Source of the DNA: Psammoneis japonica
Taxonomy: Eukaryota
DNA: 64,000 nt
Assembly (NCBI GenBank): GCA_008632985.1
Contig: QPGO01000020.1
Location: forward strand, 186,001-250,000
Direction of reading: 5' to 3'
This document shows, piece after piece, positions 35,383 through 48,400 of this stretch. Position numbers and translations under genes: made by a program. The first letter of the stretch is position 1, and every line of letters starts with the position of its first letter. The notes under the pieces are model-generated. The model had not been told where the DNA came from, did not search any database, and saw only the letters and a list, made by a program, of their open reading frames with translations.

Positions 35383-38300
35383 TCAACCCTTGAGAAAGCC
35401 GGCAAGAGTATTGGGTGGCGGTTTCAACATATCCGGCATGAACTTGACTTGAAGAGAATTACACGCAAACAAGGCCTGCCCCACCTTCTTTTCGCAGACC
35501 GGAAGACGCGTTCCATACACTCGCATCAGGGTTGCATTCTCAAAGACCCCGTCTTGATTGGCATTAGCGTCCTTTTGCAACAAGAAGCGACTCACAAACT
35601 GCGACTGCTTGTAGGTGACTTGCATGGCGGTACGGTCCTTGCCGCTCTTGCAAAAGACAACGTCCCCGCCACCCAAGCGCTGTGCCACAAAGGCAGCCTC
35701 GTCGACAATACCGTGAACCATTTTCCCCGCCGACGACATGACCTTGGCATGAAGCGACGTCATGAGGGGATGAATCGTCTGTTGTTGTTGCTGCTGAGTA
35801 GAAGAGATATCCAACAAATTGCCCGACGGCGCCACGGGTGAAATCATGTGCGCATAATTATTCATTTTGCGACACGCTTCCATATTCAATTGAATCAAGA
35901 CATCATTGTCGGGAGTGCCGACATCGTCGTCTTCATCATCAATGAATGCACCACCCGTTGCTTCTTGCCCATCGTCTCGTGAATTCAAATTCTGCTTGGC
36001 GTGTGCACCCCACTGACGAATATCGACTCCCACTTGATACAAGAGCGGATACAAGCGCACCGACGCGCCGTTGCGTAGTGGCTCTGGAATACGCTGCTCA
36101 TAATACAAGTGATCCATTCCGATTTCCAATCGATACTGCGTCGTGGAACCCTTGCCGGTATACGAGATTTGTACCCATTGCAAGTAGGGTGAATGCGGAA
36201 CCGCCACTCTCGTTCCCGCCGTGCTGGGTTCATTGCCCGACACCAAGACAATTTCCACCATACTCAGCATGGAAATACCCACGCGTCTTCAATCATGCCC
36301 AATTCCTTCCCAGCCGCACTCAATAGACCCTCAAAGGCCACAAGATAACCGTGTCGTTTCCACAGATCCGGCCATCCCTGTTGCAACTTTGTCACATCCG
36401 ACAGACTTGTCAAGTACGTACTCACGGCAATGCCGAGTGCTTGCGAAAAGCAATTGGCACGACGAACCGCACACGTCCAAGTCAAGGATGCCAAGTGTTG
36501 TGTAGTTTCAAACACTCTCCAACGCTTGGCCGCAATGTCGGCATGACGTGCCGACACGTGTGTCGTGCCTGGAACCGATGATAAATACTGTCCAACCGCA
36601 GCAATGAGAATCGATTGAGCCTGTTCCAAGGTTCTTGCCAATTCCAATCGTTTCGCTTCGAGTCGTCGTAATCCACCACGAATGGTTCCCACCGCTGTCG
36701 TGGTGGTGCCATCTCCTAGATAATTTCCAAAATTCCGTGCATGATCCGCCGGTGCACCGCACGTGACATTGGAAAACATGGCATTGGAATGTGGTGCCGC
36801 CGATCCTTGTTGCAATACCTGCAGAGATAACGATTGTACGTGTACATTAAAACCAATACCCGCCAAAGTCTCCTCCATGCGACTCGAACTCGGACGAAAG
36901 GGTTTGGGCGACATGTCTTGCCAACTTTGGACAGAAACGTCGTGCAATTTACCCGCCAATCCATTTTGGTACAGATCCAATCGTTCTTGCAACAATTGCA
37001 CGTCTTTGTTTCGTTCTTGTTGAATGTGAGCTTGTAAGTGAGCATGCGTAATAAAATTACCCATGGTTTGCAATTGCGAAATACGCAATTGTTTGGCTTG
37101 ATCCAGGCTTTGTAGTGGTGTTGGGGCAGATGATGGACACGGCATGGTATCATAATCCAAAACGGGCAAGGTACCCGTATCTTCCAAGAGTGTATCCAAT
37201 CCCACCAAGGATACCAATCCACCCCGTGCCGAAACAATCGTAGGTGCTGCTGCAGTATCAACATCATCCATGCCAATGACCACTTTGAGTTGCAAATCAC
37301 CCATTTTTTGATTGGCTGCATTGTATACCGGAATGGAAATGACTTGTTGTTGTTGTTGTTTTGAAATACACGACTCGAGACTCAACAAGGCTTGCCACGT
37401 TTCTTCCAATGGTTGTTGCATGGAATTGACATTATTTGGTCGTCCTGCTCCCGCAGTATTATTGTATGCAATACGCAATTGAAATCGCAACGTTCCCAAT
37501 AACACATCATGAGACGAATTACGCAACGATGGCAATACTCCACTCGAGTCCTTTTTCATAATTTTGGCATGAAACGGAACCGATGAAGATTCAACAAAAT
37601 CAGGCAACGCCTGTGTATGGACCGCTAATTTGGTTCCGGGAGGAGAGAGTTCCACTTCAAAAATGGAATCGGGACGTTGCCACGAAAGTGATGTCGTGAC
37701 GGTCAAGGTTGTTTCTTGTTGTTGCAGTAGCAATAGATACCCCATTCCAACATGAACATGGGCATTGCGTCCCTCCATGGAATCGTGACGATTCGCCAAT
37801 AAGGAGTGGGATACACTCTTGGCGTGTTCCAAGGAAATCTGGGAAGCCTCCTTGAGCAAGCCCGCATAGGCGGTTGCCAGAGGCAACACGACGGAACTTT
37901 CGATACACCGTTCCGTGGCCACGAGCCAACTACTACTACTCGAAGCATTAGCAGTAGTATTGACATAACCATACGACGCATCCAGAGGCAAATTGTAAAT
38001 ACCCTGATTATTGTATCCGGATGGATTCGTCAAACTCCATCCCAATCCACACAAGACGGGATGTTTTAAATCCGTCACGATACAACATTGCAATTGTCCA
38101 CCCACCACCACGTGGGATTGTAATTCTACAAAATCAAAACCAAACGTTCCACCCGATTGTGTTAGAGTTTGTTCCAATACTGTACGATTCAAAACACCGG
38201 AGGATGCGACCAAGTAATTCTTGGTGGCAATGCTTTTCAAACCCGATCGAATCCAAAGTTTTACAACAAATTCTTGTACTGAATATTTGGCACGACAAGT

Positions 38301-38864
38301 GGAATGACAAAATTCGATTTCTGGTCGAGAGAAGGATGTGCGTACCGAATCCGTCATGCAAAGCAGTTCATTCTGAGGAGTATACAATCCCACGACGTAA
38401 AAGTCACTTATACCCGAAGACGCCTTGATGGCCATGGTTTGCATGCCGCGTTCAATCTTGCTCGTTGTCTTTTTGAGACCCGACATTAATTTTTTCGAGA
38501 GTTTTTGTTTTTGTGGTGGTTGTTGTACAGTAGGAGCAGTGCTTTCTGTTAGAAACGAAAAGGGATCATTGCTGTCGGATGATGCCTGTTGCTGTTGTTG
38601 TTCTGTAGCAGTTGTAGTTGTTGGAACAACAACTGAAGCAGTACCACTACTGCTAATCGCCCCATTACTAGCACTACTACTACTTTTCAAGACGGTCTCA
38701 ATTCCACCCTTACTAGCACTACTACTACTTTTCAAGACGGTCTCAATTCCACCCTTGACACAACATTGATGAGCTTGAACAAAGACCAACAAACGATTGG
38801 CAGGTTCGACATATTGTTTTTCTAGCGTTGAAATGGGACTGTATCCCGAGTATCCAAAAGACAT
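35383..38864 (-). CDS. Inositol polyphosphate 4-phosphatase-like protein with a frameshift near 36270
   Basis: GAPADH, FSQAL, FEGLLSAAGKELGMIED, LYQVGVD and the catalytic CX5R motif CKSGKDRT; a 45-bp tandem duplication at about 38665-38755 (KGGIETVLKSSSSAS twice). Confidence 0.82.
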
Positions 38865-39041
38865 GATGTGTTGGAGAATGTTGTGTGAGTGATACGATAG
38901 AGGGACTCTAACGATTGCAACACTCTCTAGTAGAGAGTAGTACCTCTCAATAGACAGTAGGCACTCCCAGAAATAACAATGACCTTCGGTGCGATTTTTT
39001 TTTTCTTGGCAAAAAAAAAAAAACGCATCTCTCATGGCATT

Positions 39042-39292
39042 TCATCGTGGAACCCCACAAATACGTGGGGACCCGCAACCCGGAAATGTGTAGAGTTGTA
39101 CGTGCATGTATGGGGACTGTTTACGTAGGTTTTGTACCAGCGCTATCTCGCGAACTAGGCGTTTTTTCGAAATTTTGTCGTAGAAACTGTACCAGTTTTG
39201 CGTATGTAGGCTACATGTTTCAGTACCACATACAAAAATGCGCGTAGACCTCTACAGGAGGGTCCCCGCGTATTTGTGGGGTTCCACGATGA
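39042..39292. mobile_element. MITE, 251 bp, 33-bp TIRs, 5-bp TSD GCATT
   Basis: tcatcgtggaaccccacaaatacgtggggaccc (39042-39074) is the reverse complement of 39260-39292 with one mismatch; GCATT at 39037-39041 and 39293-39297. Confidence 0.85.
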
Positions 39293-39400
39293 GCATTGAG
39301 CATGCGCAAAGACTCCCCCCCTTCTGTCCGCCCGCACCACACATGCCCGGACGCTGCGCCGCTGCTGCGCGATCTATCACGCATGTTGGCTTGACGCTTG

Positions 39401-39936
39401 CTACTGAAACGCAAAATTTGCGAATCGCAAATTAATTTATAAAAACAAATAGCTCGAATTTTTTCACGATGAAAGCACGTGCGAGGTCTCTGAGTGCTTC
39501 ATTTTTCGCTTCAAATGAGCAAATGCTACTGTTTCGACAACCGAAGGTCTGTAAGTGACATGAAATAACAAACCAATCGGATTATTATCATTATGAAGAG
39601 CTATAAGACGTTTTGTTTGTGAGGAAAGGCGGTGTAATCATCCAAAAAGGTCATTTTTGTTGAAATCTTGCAATGCGTCGGCATGAGTTGCTGTCACGAG
39701 AAGGCAATTTCCTTTGAAAATAAGGATTTCTTGTCATTTCTCGTGCATCATATCTTTTCTTAATCGAAGTAGAAAGAACGCCTGCACCTTGAATTGCACC
39801 AGAGGATGTTGGCCGCGTCGCAAAGACTGTCTTGGAGGGTGACAAGGGTCGTTTCTCGACTCGCCGCGCGACGATTGTGCGGGGATTCGGAATTTGTCGC
39901 AAATTTTGCGATGTCGCAAATTTTTCGATTCGGTAG
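39401..39936. mobile_element. MITE, 536 bp, imperfect ~32-bp TIRs, 4-bp TSD CTTG
   Basis: Left end ctactgaaacgcaaaatttgcgaatcgcaaa versus reverse complement of right end ctaccgaatcgaaaaatttgcgacatcgcaaa; CTTG at 39397-39400 and 39937-39940; absent from the paralogous upstream region at about 31650-31700. Confidence 0.75.
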
Positions 39937-40001
39937 CTTGTTGGCGGGCCATGTATGGAACATAAATAAACAGGAGTATATGTTTGAAACACCAAAACGC
40001 C

Positions 40002-40625
40002 ATGAGCAGTCCAAGCAAAGAGGTTTTTCTCGCCCCGTTCAATCCAACCTGCGAGCACGCTCAGGACGTTGCCCTCGGCTTTCTAAAATTGACTGGCAAA
40101 GACGTTTTGTTTGATATGGGTTGTGGTGACGGTCGTTTACTTGTGAAAGCAATTAGGCAAAGCCCTGTTGGTCTACGTTGCGTTGGAATTGAAATCGATC
40201 CGACGTTTGTCGAGCGTGCCAATCAAAGGGTTGCATCGCTCAAGCTGCCGACGCAAAACACTGAACCATCTCAACTGATCGACATTCGACACGGGGATGT
40301 TCTAGAAGAAATTTCGTTTGCGCCAGAACTATCGAAGCAAGAGAAAAGAGACGACATAACGTCACTAACCTTGTTGCAAGATGCGACTGCCGTGTTTTTG
40401 TACCTGCTCCCTGCAGGACTGCGAAAAGTTACTCCAGAATTGCAAGAAATAATGAATACAAGAAGTAGCATGAGAATTGTCAGCTACATGTTTGCCGTTC
40501 CGGGATGGAAACCTACAGCTGTCGACCGTTCCACAAAGGGTGGGTGTCCAGTGTACTTCTACTCTCGCACTGCCGACAGTCCTACTCCGCCGACGAAGGA
40601 CTCCCCTACCCCTACTAGCTCGTAA
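40002..40625 (+). CDS. Class I SAM-dependent methyltransferase (FAM173/ATPSCKMT-like protein-lysine methyltransferase family)
   Basis: LAPFNPT, FDMGCGDGR, VGIEIDP, AVFLYLLP and RIVSYMF motifs. Confidence 0.85.
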   Translation: MSSPSKEVFLAPFNPTCEHAQDVALGFLKLTGKDVLFDMGCGDGRLLVKAIRQSPVGLRCVGIEIDPTFVERANQRVASLKLPTQNTEPSQLIDIRHGDVLEEISFAPELSKQEKRDDITSLTLLQDATAVFLYLLPAGLRKVTPELQEIMNTRSSMRIVSYMFAVPGWKPTAVDRSTKGGCPVYFYSRTADSPTPPTKDSPTPTSS

Positions 40626-40861
40626 AGCTCCCTAGTCTCATTCGCTTCACAAAACTCATTCTTTTGACTGTGCCTTCATCTGATAAAGGGATAGATTTTT
40701 TCACACTTCTCGACAGAGCACAGCAGAGCAGCAGCTATCTCGTACTCCTATCAGCATAACTAGAAGTGCATGAATTTGATTAAACACGTACTAAGACTAG
40801 GGCACTACCGGTATTACTTTCCTTGAAGTTATGGCACTGTCGATCGATTTTAGTGCCCAAG

Positions 40862-41512
40862 TTAATGCTTCGGTGCACCGCGAAAGGGATTGATGCGCGT
40901 GAAAATGACGTGGCCACGAAAGTAATGCTGAAAGGCACCAGCAACATGAGCAGGTACCAGATATTTGCCGTAAATTCCCAATTGCTTGTGAATCTTGAAG
41001 CTCTGTGAAAAAAAAAAAGAAAAAGGCTGAACGGGTTAGCAACAAGTCTGTGGATCTCAAAACGATGAAGAAGAAGAGTCTGATTGGTTCGAATTCCTCA
41101 CATTCTTGGCGATTGTCCCATTGGGAGTAGCAGCACCTGCAAAGGTAGTTCCAAAGAAAGGTAGTCCCTTTCCTCCAAAGTATCCCATGGCTATTCCCGT
41201 AGCAGGCATGATTGTCATAAAGGCATAGAGCGCGTAGTGCGTAATGTTAGCCACAGAATGCTCCAGGTGGCCGGATCCTTCGACCCCGGGAATATCGTAC
41301 TTGACTCTGTTAAAGATGCGATACGCAAGTCGTGGAGCCACAATGAGCCCGGTCAAAAGGCCCAACGACTTGTGGCGATACATGAGCTCCCCCTTCTGTT
41401 CCTTGGGAGCGGCTTGAGCTTGCATTACCGTGGCGATGCAACCTGTCAGCGGAAGCGCCACCATCCAATGAAAGTACGAAGCCCCCTTTGAGTAGACAGC
41501 AGGATGACTCAT
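40862..41512 (-). CDS. Cytochrome b561 (bacterial YceJ/CybB-type); intron 41101-41003
   Basis: FHW, HKSLG, HYALY...PATG, and after splicing IHKQLG...HVAGAFQH; four haem-ligand His residues. Confidence 0.9.
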
Positions 41513-42034
41513 GATGACGATGTGATTGTCGTTGCCCGGCTAACGTAACTACTATACTTCGGAATAAGTGCTGACACTTCTTAATTCTCAATCAACAGAA
41601 CAACAACAAGCGCACACAACAGAAGACGCGTTGTTGATGTTGCTCGAGCGGTGAATCCAAAAAATCCGGAAGACGTCCCCTGTTCCTGCGATCTTTTCCT
41701 GCCCAGAAGATGTACTGGATACTGTGTAGAAACGACAGAATTGTTTTGTCCGTGAGGCAGTTTGTCTTTGTATTTTCCAGTGTCGTCTCAACCAGTGTCT
41801 GTGCGTGTGTGAAGCACTCTGAACTCTCTCCTCGCTCCGCACTCACCGCCATGATGATGCGGCCGCGGGGTTCTTTGTTATCTTCTCACTTTTAATGCTC
41901 CGCTGTTTCAAGACTTGACAATGGCGAAGCAAGACAAAAGAGTGTCAGCTAGAATGGATGAAGGACTGAAAATACGTCAGAGGAGAAGACGGCAAAGATT
42001 GGAGACTGGTGTCGAGCCGCCAATTCCGGAGTCG

Positions 42035-43802
42035 ATGTTCTCAACATGCCGATTTCTAGTGTTTGTCTGCCTATCACTGACTGCCAATGCCAGACACATG
42101 GGGGCATTTGGTAGACCACATCTTTGTCAATATTTTATTCCCTTCGACTCCGAAGAAGATTGTGGGATTCGTCCGAACGAGCAATTGACTTCCGCTGGCG
42201 AGATACGAGGCGGAAGCCATACACGGCATCCCCTGCGAAGAATAAAAAGGGTTTTTGCAAATAAGAACGAGACTGAGCATCATCCCATACAACTCGATCT
42301 TGAAAAGGAACGACTTGGATCTTTTCTTCGTCGCGAGATTCAAAAGGGTACAGGCGCAGCCTTGTGTGCTCTCGGATTTCTGTACTCAACGACTACAGCT
42401 CTCGTGACAGACAGAACTCAATTTCGTCGATGGCGACCCACTGTTGCTTCAATAAAGTCGTACTTGCAAACGAGTGGAATTGATGCAGAGTTGTACAAGG
42501 CAATTTCGTTCCGATTGTTGGAAAATCTAATTATTCTGAGCCGTATTCAACAGGCTTCGTTGAACGGAAAGGACCGAAGAGATCAAGCGATTGTGACTAG
42601 TGTGGCACACCATTCTCATGATACCACTCCAACCCCGGAAGAAGCAGCAAGATACATGAGGTATGCCACTGCAAGCTACGGAAAAGACATGATTCGAGCT
42701 GCGCAAGTGCACGTTCATGGGAAGCTGGACACGCAACTTGCTCCCTTGACCAAGGCAAAAATTAGCAAGCACATTCGTATTCCGGAAGAGGACATTATTT
42801 TGATGGACGTCAGTCACGGGGGACAGATTCATCATTTGCGTCATTTTGTTGCAATTGACCATGAACATCAGGCTGTTGTGCTTGCGATTCGCGGATCTTT
42901 CAGTGTCGCCGACATGATTGTTGACGCTGCTGCGTTTTCACGTAAGTTATACCAGTAATGCTATTGCTAAAGGAGCGAAATCGAAAACGATTATTTGTCT
43001 CTAATCCATCTTTTCTGTACAAAATGGTAGGACCCTTTTGTGGCGGAGAAGCGCATTCGGAAATTGCGAATCAAGCGGAAAGAGTTTGGGCTGTGGCAGA
43101 AAGAGCTGTGTTGGATGCTTTACAGGCAAACGACGGGTACGAGTTAGTCATCACTGGCCATTCGAGCGGCGCTGCTGCGGCGTGTCTTGTGAACATCCTG
43201 TGCCATTCAAAGCAGCTGCTACCTGGGTGTAAAATACGTTGCTTTGCGTTCGCGTCTCCTCCTGTCTTTACACCGCTCAAGAATGCTTCCAACGCAGTAC
43301 GAAGCACTACACACTACGTTTATCAACAAGATGTGAGTGTCACCCTTCTTCTGAGTCTACATCAAAGTAGCGTCATTTCGCTGATTATATTTGTGTGCTT
43401 TGTCTTTATCATTATTTATAGGTAGTCCCATTCTTGTCGGCTGACTCAGTACGGCGATTGCTGGCTTCTATCCATGAGGTCGAAGCTCACACCAGGTATA
43501 TGGGTTGGGGATCACGAACAAAGCTTGCAACCGGTAGAGCGACTCCTGATGTCTCTCTGGTTGAAGCAGTAATGCAAGCATCTGCTAAAAGCCCGCCCCC
43601 CAGGCCTGGGGCACCCACTTTATCCGTACCAGCCTCATCGACCATATGGATTCATGAAGATCGCAAGAAACAAGGACAGTACAATGTCAAACAATGTGAT
43701 CCACTTTCTCTATCGACTCTAGGCATCTTTGTCCATCCAAACATGATGATCGATCATTTTCCACCAAGATATGAACACGCTCTGAATTCAATAGATTTTT
43801 AA
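42035..43802 (+). CDS. Lipase class 3 (DAG-lipase-like), 3 exons; start uncertain
   Basis: RYATASYG, VVLAIRGS, AHS, ITGHSSGA nucleophile elbow, FASPP, D|VVP and DH; GT-AG introns at about 42943-43031 and 43333-43421. Confidence 0.85.
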
Positions 43803-43809
43803 TGATTCA

Positions 43810-44343
43810 TTAGAGGCTCTTGAGCTTTTCCTCCCATTCATCGACGCCCCAACTAGAATCAGTGTCTGGCACAAGCTTCTCATCGATGACATGCTTCGGA
43901 GTGCCATAGATTCCGTAACCAAGTGCATACTTATGCTCTGTATAGGCAGGTTTGACAGCCTTTTCCCAGTCATGAATGTTATCCAAGAACACCTTCTTTG
44001 TGAATTCTTCCTTGTCCAAGACTCCCGCTTTGTCCGCGATGCTTGCAAACACTTCGTCAATTTCGGATTTCTTTGCGTCTCCGAGAGCAGCGTTCATGAA
44101 TGATTCTTGCTGTCTAAAGCATGTATCCTCAAATGCTACGCGTGCGTCCTTCCCCTTATATGTTTCTACCAAGGACGCTGCACACTGGGCGGTAAAGGCT
44201 TGCGGATGAAAGGCAAGAGACGTAATGTGCCTCGAAAATATAAATTCCTTACCGAAGCGTTCTTGAATTTCCGGTAACTTCTCCCAAAACTTTTTCGAGT
44301 AGGGGCACTGGAGATCTAAGAAGTATTTCCATGTTTTCGTCAT
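43810..44343 (-). CDS. DsbA/thioredoxin-fold protein
   Basis: FLDLQCPYS, FHPQA and GIYGTP (cis-Pro loop) motifs. Confidence 0.85.
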   Translation of the reverse strand: MTKTWKYFLDLQCPYSKKFWEKLPEIQERFGKEFIFSRHITSLAFHPQAFTAQCAASLVETYKGKDARVAFEDTCFRQQESFMNAALGDAKKSEIDEVFASIADKAGVLDKEEFTKKVFLDNIHDWEKAVKPAYTEHKYALGYGIYGTPKHVIDEKLVPDTDSSWGVDEWEEKLKSL

Positions 44344-44751
44344 CTTCTGCTAACTTGCTTCTCAATATTATACTTACAACGTTGTGGACAGGGACGAAGG
44401 AAGGTAGGGCTAGGAGGAAGGATGTCGAAATGAATAAACTTGGAATGAAAACGCAGCTCGCGCTGCTTTCCAAAAAAGCGCGGGAAGAGTGCGGAAAGGG
44501 CAATATTCATGGCCAGGATGTCATACCAGATTGCGTAGAAATCGACTAAAATTTCAAAAAACTGCTGCCAACCGAGTTCCTACCGGTACTACTGTACAAT
44601 ACCGAAGCTAATGAGTGCATACAGTAGCTCTACTCTACTAGCTACTAATAGACAATCAGCCGAACCTTCGGGAAGGACGAGATACACCACCCGATACTGA
44701 GCTACACTACCTATTCCTGGTCTCAACAAACTTATGCTGGAGTGGCAGCAC

Positions 44752-45462
44752 CTACTTCACATCAAACTGCTCGGACTGGCATATAGATGAAACATGTTCT
44801 TGGACGACCCGACGCCATACCTTGTATCCGGCATCATTTAGATGCAACCCATCACTCTTGAAATATTTTTCTTGGGCTCTCGCCTTTCCTCCGAGTATAG
44901 CCCCTGATATCGATCCAGTTTCGTCACAGAACATAGTGAGAGAGTCCACAAAGCAAATGCGGTTGGCGTGTTCGTGGTTGCTGCATGCTCGTTTCATTGC
45001 TTTTGAAAGTTTGACATACTGTTTTCAGCTTGAGACATCACCACCATGCTGATGCAACCATGGCTCGAATTTTGGCCCCAAAAACACCAGATGTCTCTTC
45101 AAACTGTTTCCTGAACGAACTTGGTCGCCTTGAACAGACGAGAAAACGGCTTCAAGAAGATCTCTAAATGATGACATGATTTCGTCTAGCGCGACTTGAT
45201 TTCCAACATCGTTTTCACCAGCGCACACTACCAGTATCTGAAACGCCGTTTCTTTTTTGCTGACTTTATTTTGCGTCTCTTCTAACCACGACCTTACACT
45301 CGTGACAACTGCGTCCAGGGTAGCACCTCCACGACCATTCACGAATGGTGCGCTACATGTAGCAACTTCTTCCTCCTTCCGTGATCCGCAGATACATCGA
45401 GGTAGCAGCTCATCAGGCCACTGGGCAATATCAGAGTCACCGATAAAGCCGAGGAGAGCCAT
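44752..45462 (-). pseudogene. SGNH/GDSL hydrolase with in-frame premature TGA at 45027-45025
   Basis: FIGDSD, GGAT, CAGEND and DGLHLN..GY blocks; the two ORFs are in one frame, separated by SS*KQY (probably CGA->TGA). Confidence 0.8.
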
Positions 45463-45479
45463 GCTTGGTACCGCCCATT

Positions 45480-48400
45480 TAAAATAGAAGATTAAGGAAG
45501 CCTATGTAGAGCGGAAGGTAACAGCAGAGGGAGGCACGGAGGTAGCTGTAGAGACGGTAGAGTAAAAGGGTCGATGGATGCAAGACGAAGGGCGTTTTGT
45601 GGAAGGTATGGGTGAGGAGGGGGCAGGGAGAGAGGAGGTGAATCGGAGGATGTGCGTAGAAAGGTGAAGAACAACGTTGTAGCCAAGAGTTTGGGTGGCC
45701 CACTGGGATGGGGTGGCTGTACGGTAGGTGCTTCCAAAGCGATCGGCGGACAGGCGACGCCATGCGGAGTCAGCAGAGGGAAGGATTGCAGACGGAGACG
45801 ACAAAGCGTAGAGGAAGGCGGAGTAGGAGGCATCGGAGTGACGAAGGTCAGAGGAAGAGGACCAGGGTGGCTTGGGCTGAGAGCAGACGGGGGGGGATGT
45901 AGAACCAAAGAGCAAGCGGTGGGCAAAGTAGCCGAGACCACCAAGGTGATCGACAGTGAAGGGGAGCAGGAAGATGCCATTGTTGTTGAGCGAAGAAACA
46001 ACAAGGGATCCATCGGCAGAGGAAGTGGAGGGGCCAAGAAACTTCAATCTCGCGCTCGAGTGGTGTGCCTCAGTTAAGACAGGAGAAGAGGGGGCAGGCA
46101 GACCTGGAGGAGGGCGAGAGGAAGCTTGAGGGACGGTGACGTCCACTGCAATGCAGTGATGGCGGGAGGGAGCGGAAAGGGAGGCGGGAGGGGGGATAGA
46201 AATGCCGACATCGGCGGGACGGAGAAGCGGGCGGGTGGGGAGCAGGTTGGTGGGTTCAAGATGAACGTCATTGGGGGATCGACAGAACTCTGCAAGAGGA
46301 CCCAAAGTTTGGGCTAGGATGAAAACAGCGTCACGGAGACCATTGGAAAGCTTGGACTTGTGAGCACGGTGGCAAGAAAAGGCATGATCACCACAGGCGT
46401 CCAGAATGGCATGGCCACAGGGACAGGGAGTGTTGACAAGGGACGGAGGAAGGATGGGGAGACGAAGCTTACGAAGGGCGGCGACAGCGCAAGCGTCCGA
46501 AGAAAGGCGGGAGCTTGGAAAGCGACGAGAGAAGGAATGAAGAGGAAGGCTTGCAAGCGGAGATGGCAATGAAGGGAGTGAAGATTGCACGTCGTAAGAT
46601 GAGTTAGCAAGGATGGAGGTCACTGCTTGTTGCTGATGTTCGTGGTGGAGACGACGGGCCAGGCCGGGGAGAGTGGCCGATTTAACCAGGGTGGCCAAGG
46701 AAGAAGAGGAAAGGGTAGAGGCGGAAGCCAGAACGGGAGCACAACGGCGGAAGAGCGTGTAGAGTCGCAGGGAAGAGCGAGGGTTGGACCAGGAAGACAG
46801 GGAGAGCCGAAAGCAGCGCGGAAGGGAAACAGAAGCGCCAGAGGGCAGGCTGACACCGTGCGAAGCAAAGCGGAACGAGCGGAGAAGCGACACCAAGAAG
46901 GAAGGAATGGCGGCAGCTGTGGGGTCCCGGAGACCAAACCCGCCTGAGGAGGCAGGAAGGAAGGCGATGGCAATAGAGTGGTCGGGAAAAGGAGCGGTGA
47001 AGGAAGTGACGTAGTGTAGAAAGCGGTGAGCAATGGTGAGGAGGAAATCTTGAAACGGAGAGGTCCAGAGAAAGGGGTCGGAAGGATTGTCGGGGTCGAA
47101 GTTGCAGCAGAAGTCAGCTCCAAGGAGGTGAGCAGAGGATGGAACAAAACAGTGCTTGAAGAGTTGAGCCTGGGTTTGTTTGTCATGGAGACGGGTGAGA
47201 AGCACATCAACTTTGTCGGAGAGAGTAGAGGAGGTGTCGGAGAGGAAGGAGGTGGCGAAGTCGTGGGAGCCGAGGGGCTGTCCAAGGAAGCGAACACCAG
47301 AGGTGAGTTCGGGGTTGTAAGAGGGGTCATTGGCAGGGTTTAGGAAGGAAAGTGCAGCACGGAGAGAATCGGCACGGGAAGGGGGAAGAGCAGGGATGGG
47401 GCTAACACCGGCAATGGAGGTGAGGATCTTGGTTTTACGGAGGTTGAGGGAGATTCCGCAGGGGGCACCGAGGGCGGAGAAGCGTTCAAGGAACCATGGG
47501 AGTACAGAATGGGGAAGGAAGGCATGAGCATCGTCAATGTAGGAGCCAACTGAGACAGAGGAACGGCCAGGGATACGTTCTTGAAGTTCTTGGTTAATCG
47601 GACGAAGAACCAGAGAGAGGACTGGGCTGGTGAAGACAGGGCCGAGTGGGCATCCTTGGGCAAATCCCTCTTCTTGAAGAAAGGAGCCCCAGGAAGAATC
47701 GGGTCGGCGACACCAACATGTGTTGGAACTTTGACATAGAAGGTCAAAAAAGGAAGCAGAGGATGAAAGGCAGGGGTGGAAGTGAGAACGTGTCGACAGG
47801 CATCTCGAGATGCTTCATTGAACATGTTGACGAGGTCAAGAAGAAGAAGAGCCTTGGCAGGGTCGGCAGAAGAAAGATGTCGTTCAATGTTGGCAAGAGC
47901 AGAGTGCATGAGATGATCGAGGCCACCTTTGACACCAATGCCAAATTGGCCATCTGGGAGGAGGCATTCGGCAAATGCAGAACCAAAGAGAGTCATGACG
48001 ACGGAGCCGGCGATGCGACGAAGAGCAGTGCCGACGCCAATGGGGCGAAGCTTGTTGAGGTCGCTGGCATCTTTGTGCAAAGCGACAAAGCAGTTCGAAG
48101 CAAATGAGGAATGGACGGAGGAAGGAATGGAGCCGTGGAGCAGAAGAAGGACAATCTCACGAAAGGATGACAAGCAGGGGCATTGAGCAACACCTGTTGG
48201 GGTTTTGGTAGAATGGAGGGCGCAGGACTTGAAAAGGTCGGTAGAATCAGCAAAAACACCGGCAGCAGTCCCAGGCTCACATTTGGAGAGAGCGGAAAGA
48301 AGAGCATCGGAGGAGAGCTCAACAGGCTCATTGTGAAGGGAGGAGGCCGAGCGAGTTGAAGGAGGATCAGGCAGGTTGGAGGGGTGCAGGCGAGGAGGGT

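Noticed and set aside
40002..40625. The methyltransferase as the enzyme behind the TA hypermutation
   Set aside because: Its motifs fit a small protein-lysine methyltransferase family, with no DPPY/NPPY or PC motif of DNA methyltransferases and no deaminase HxE/PCxxC motif; proximity alone is not evidence.
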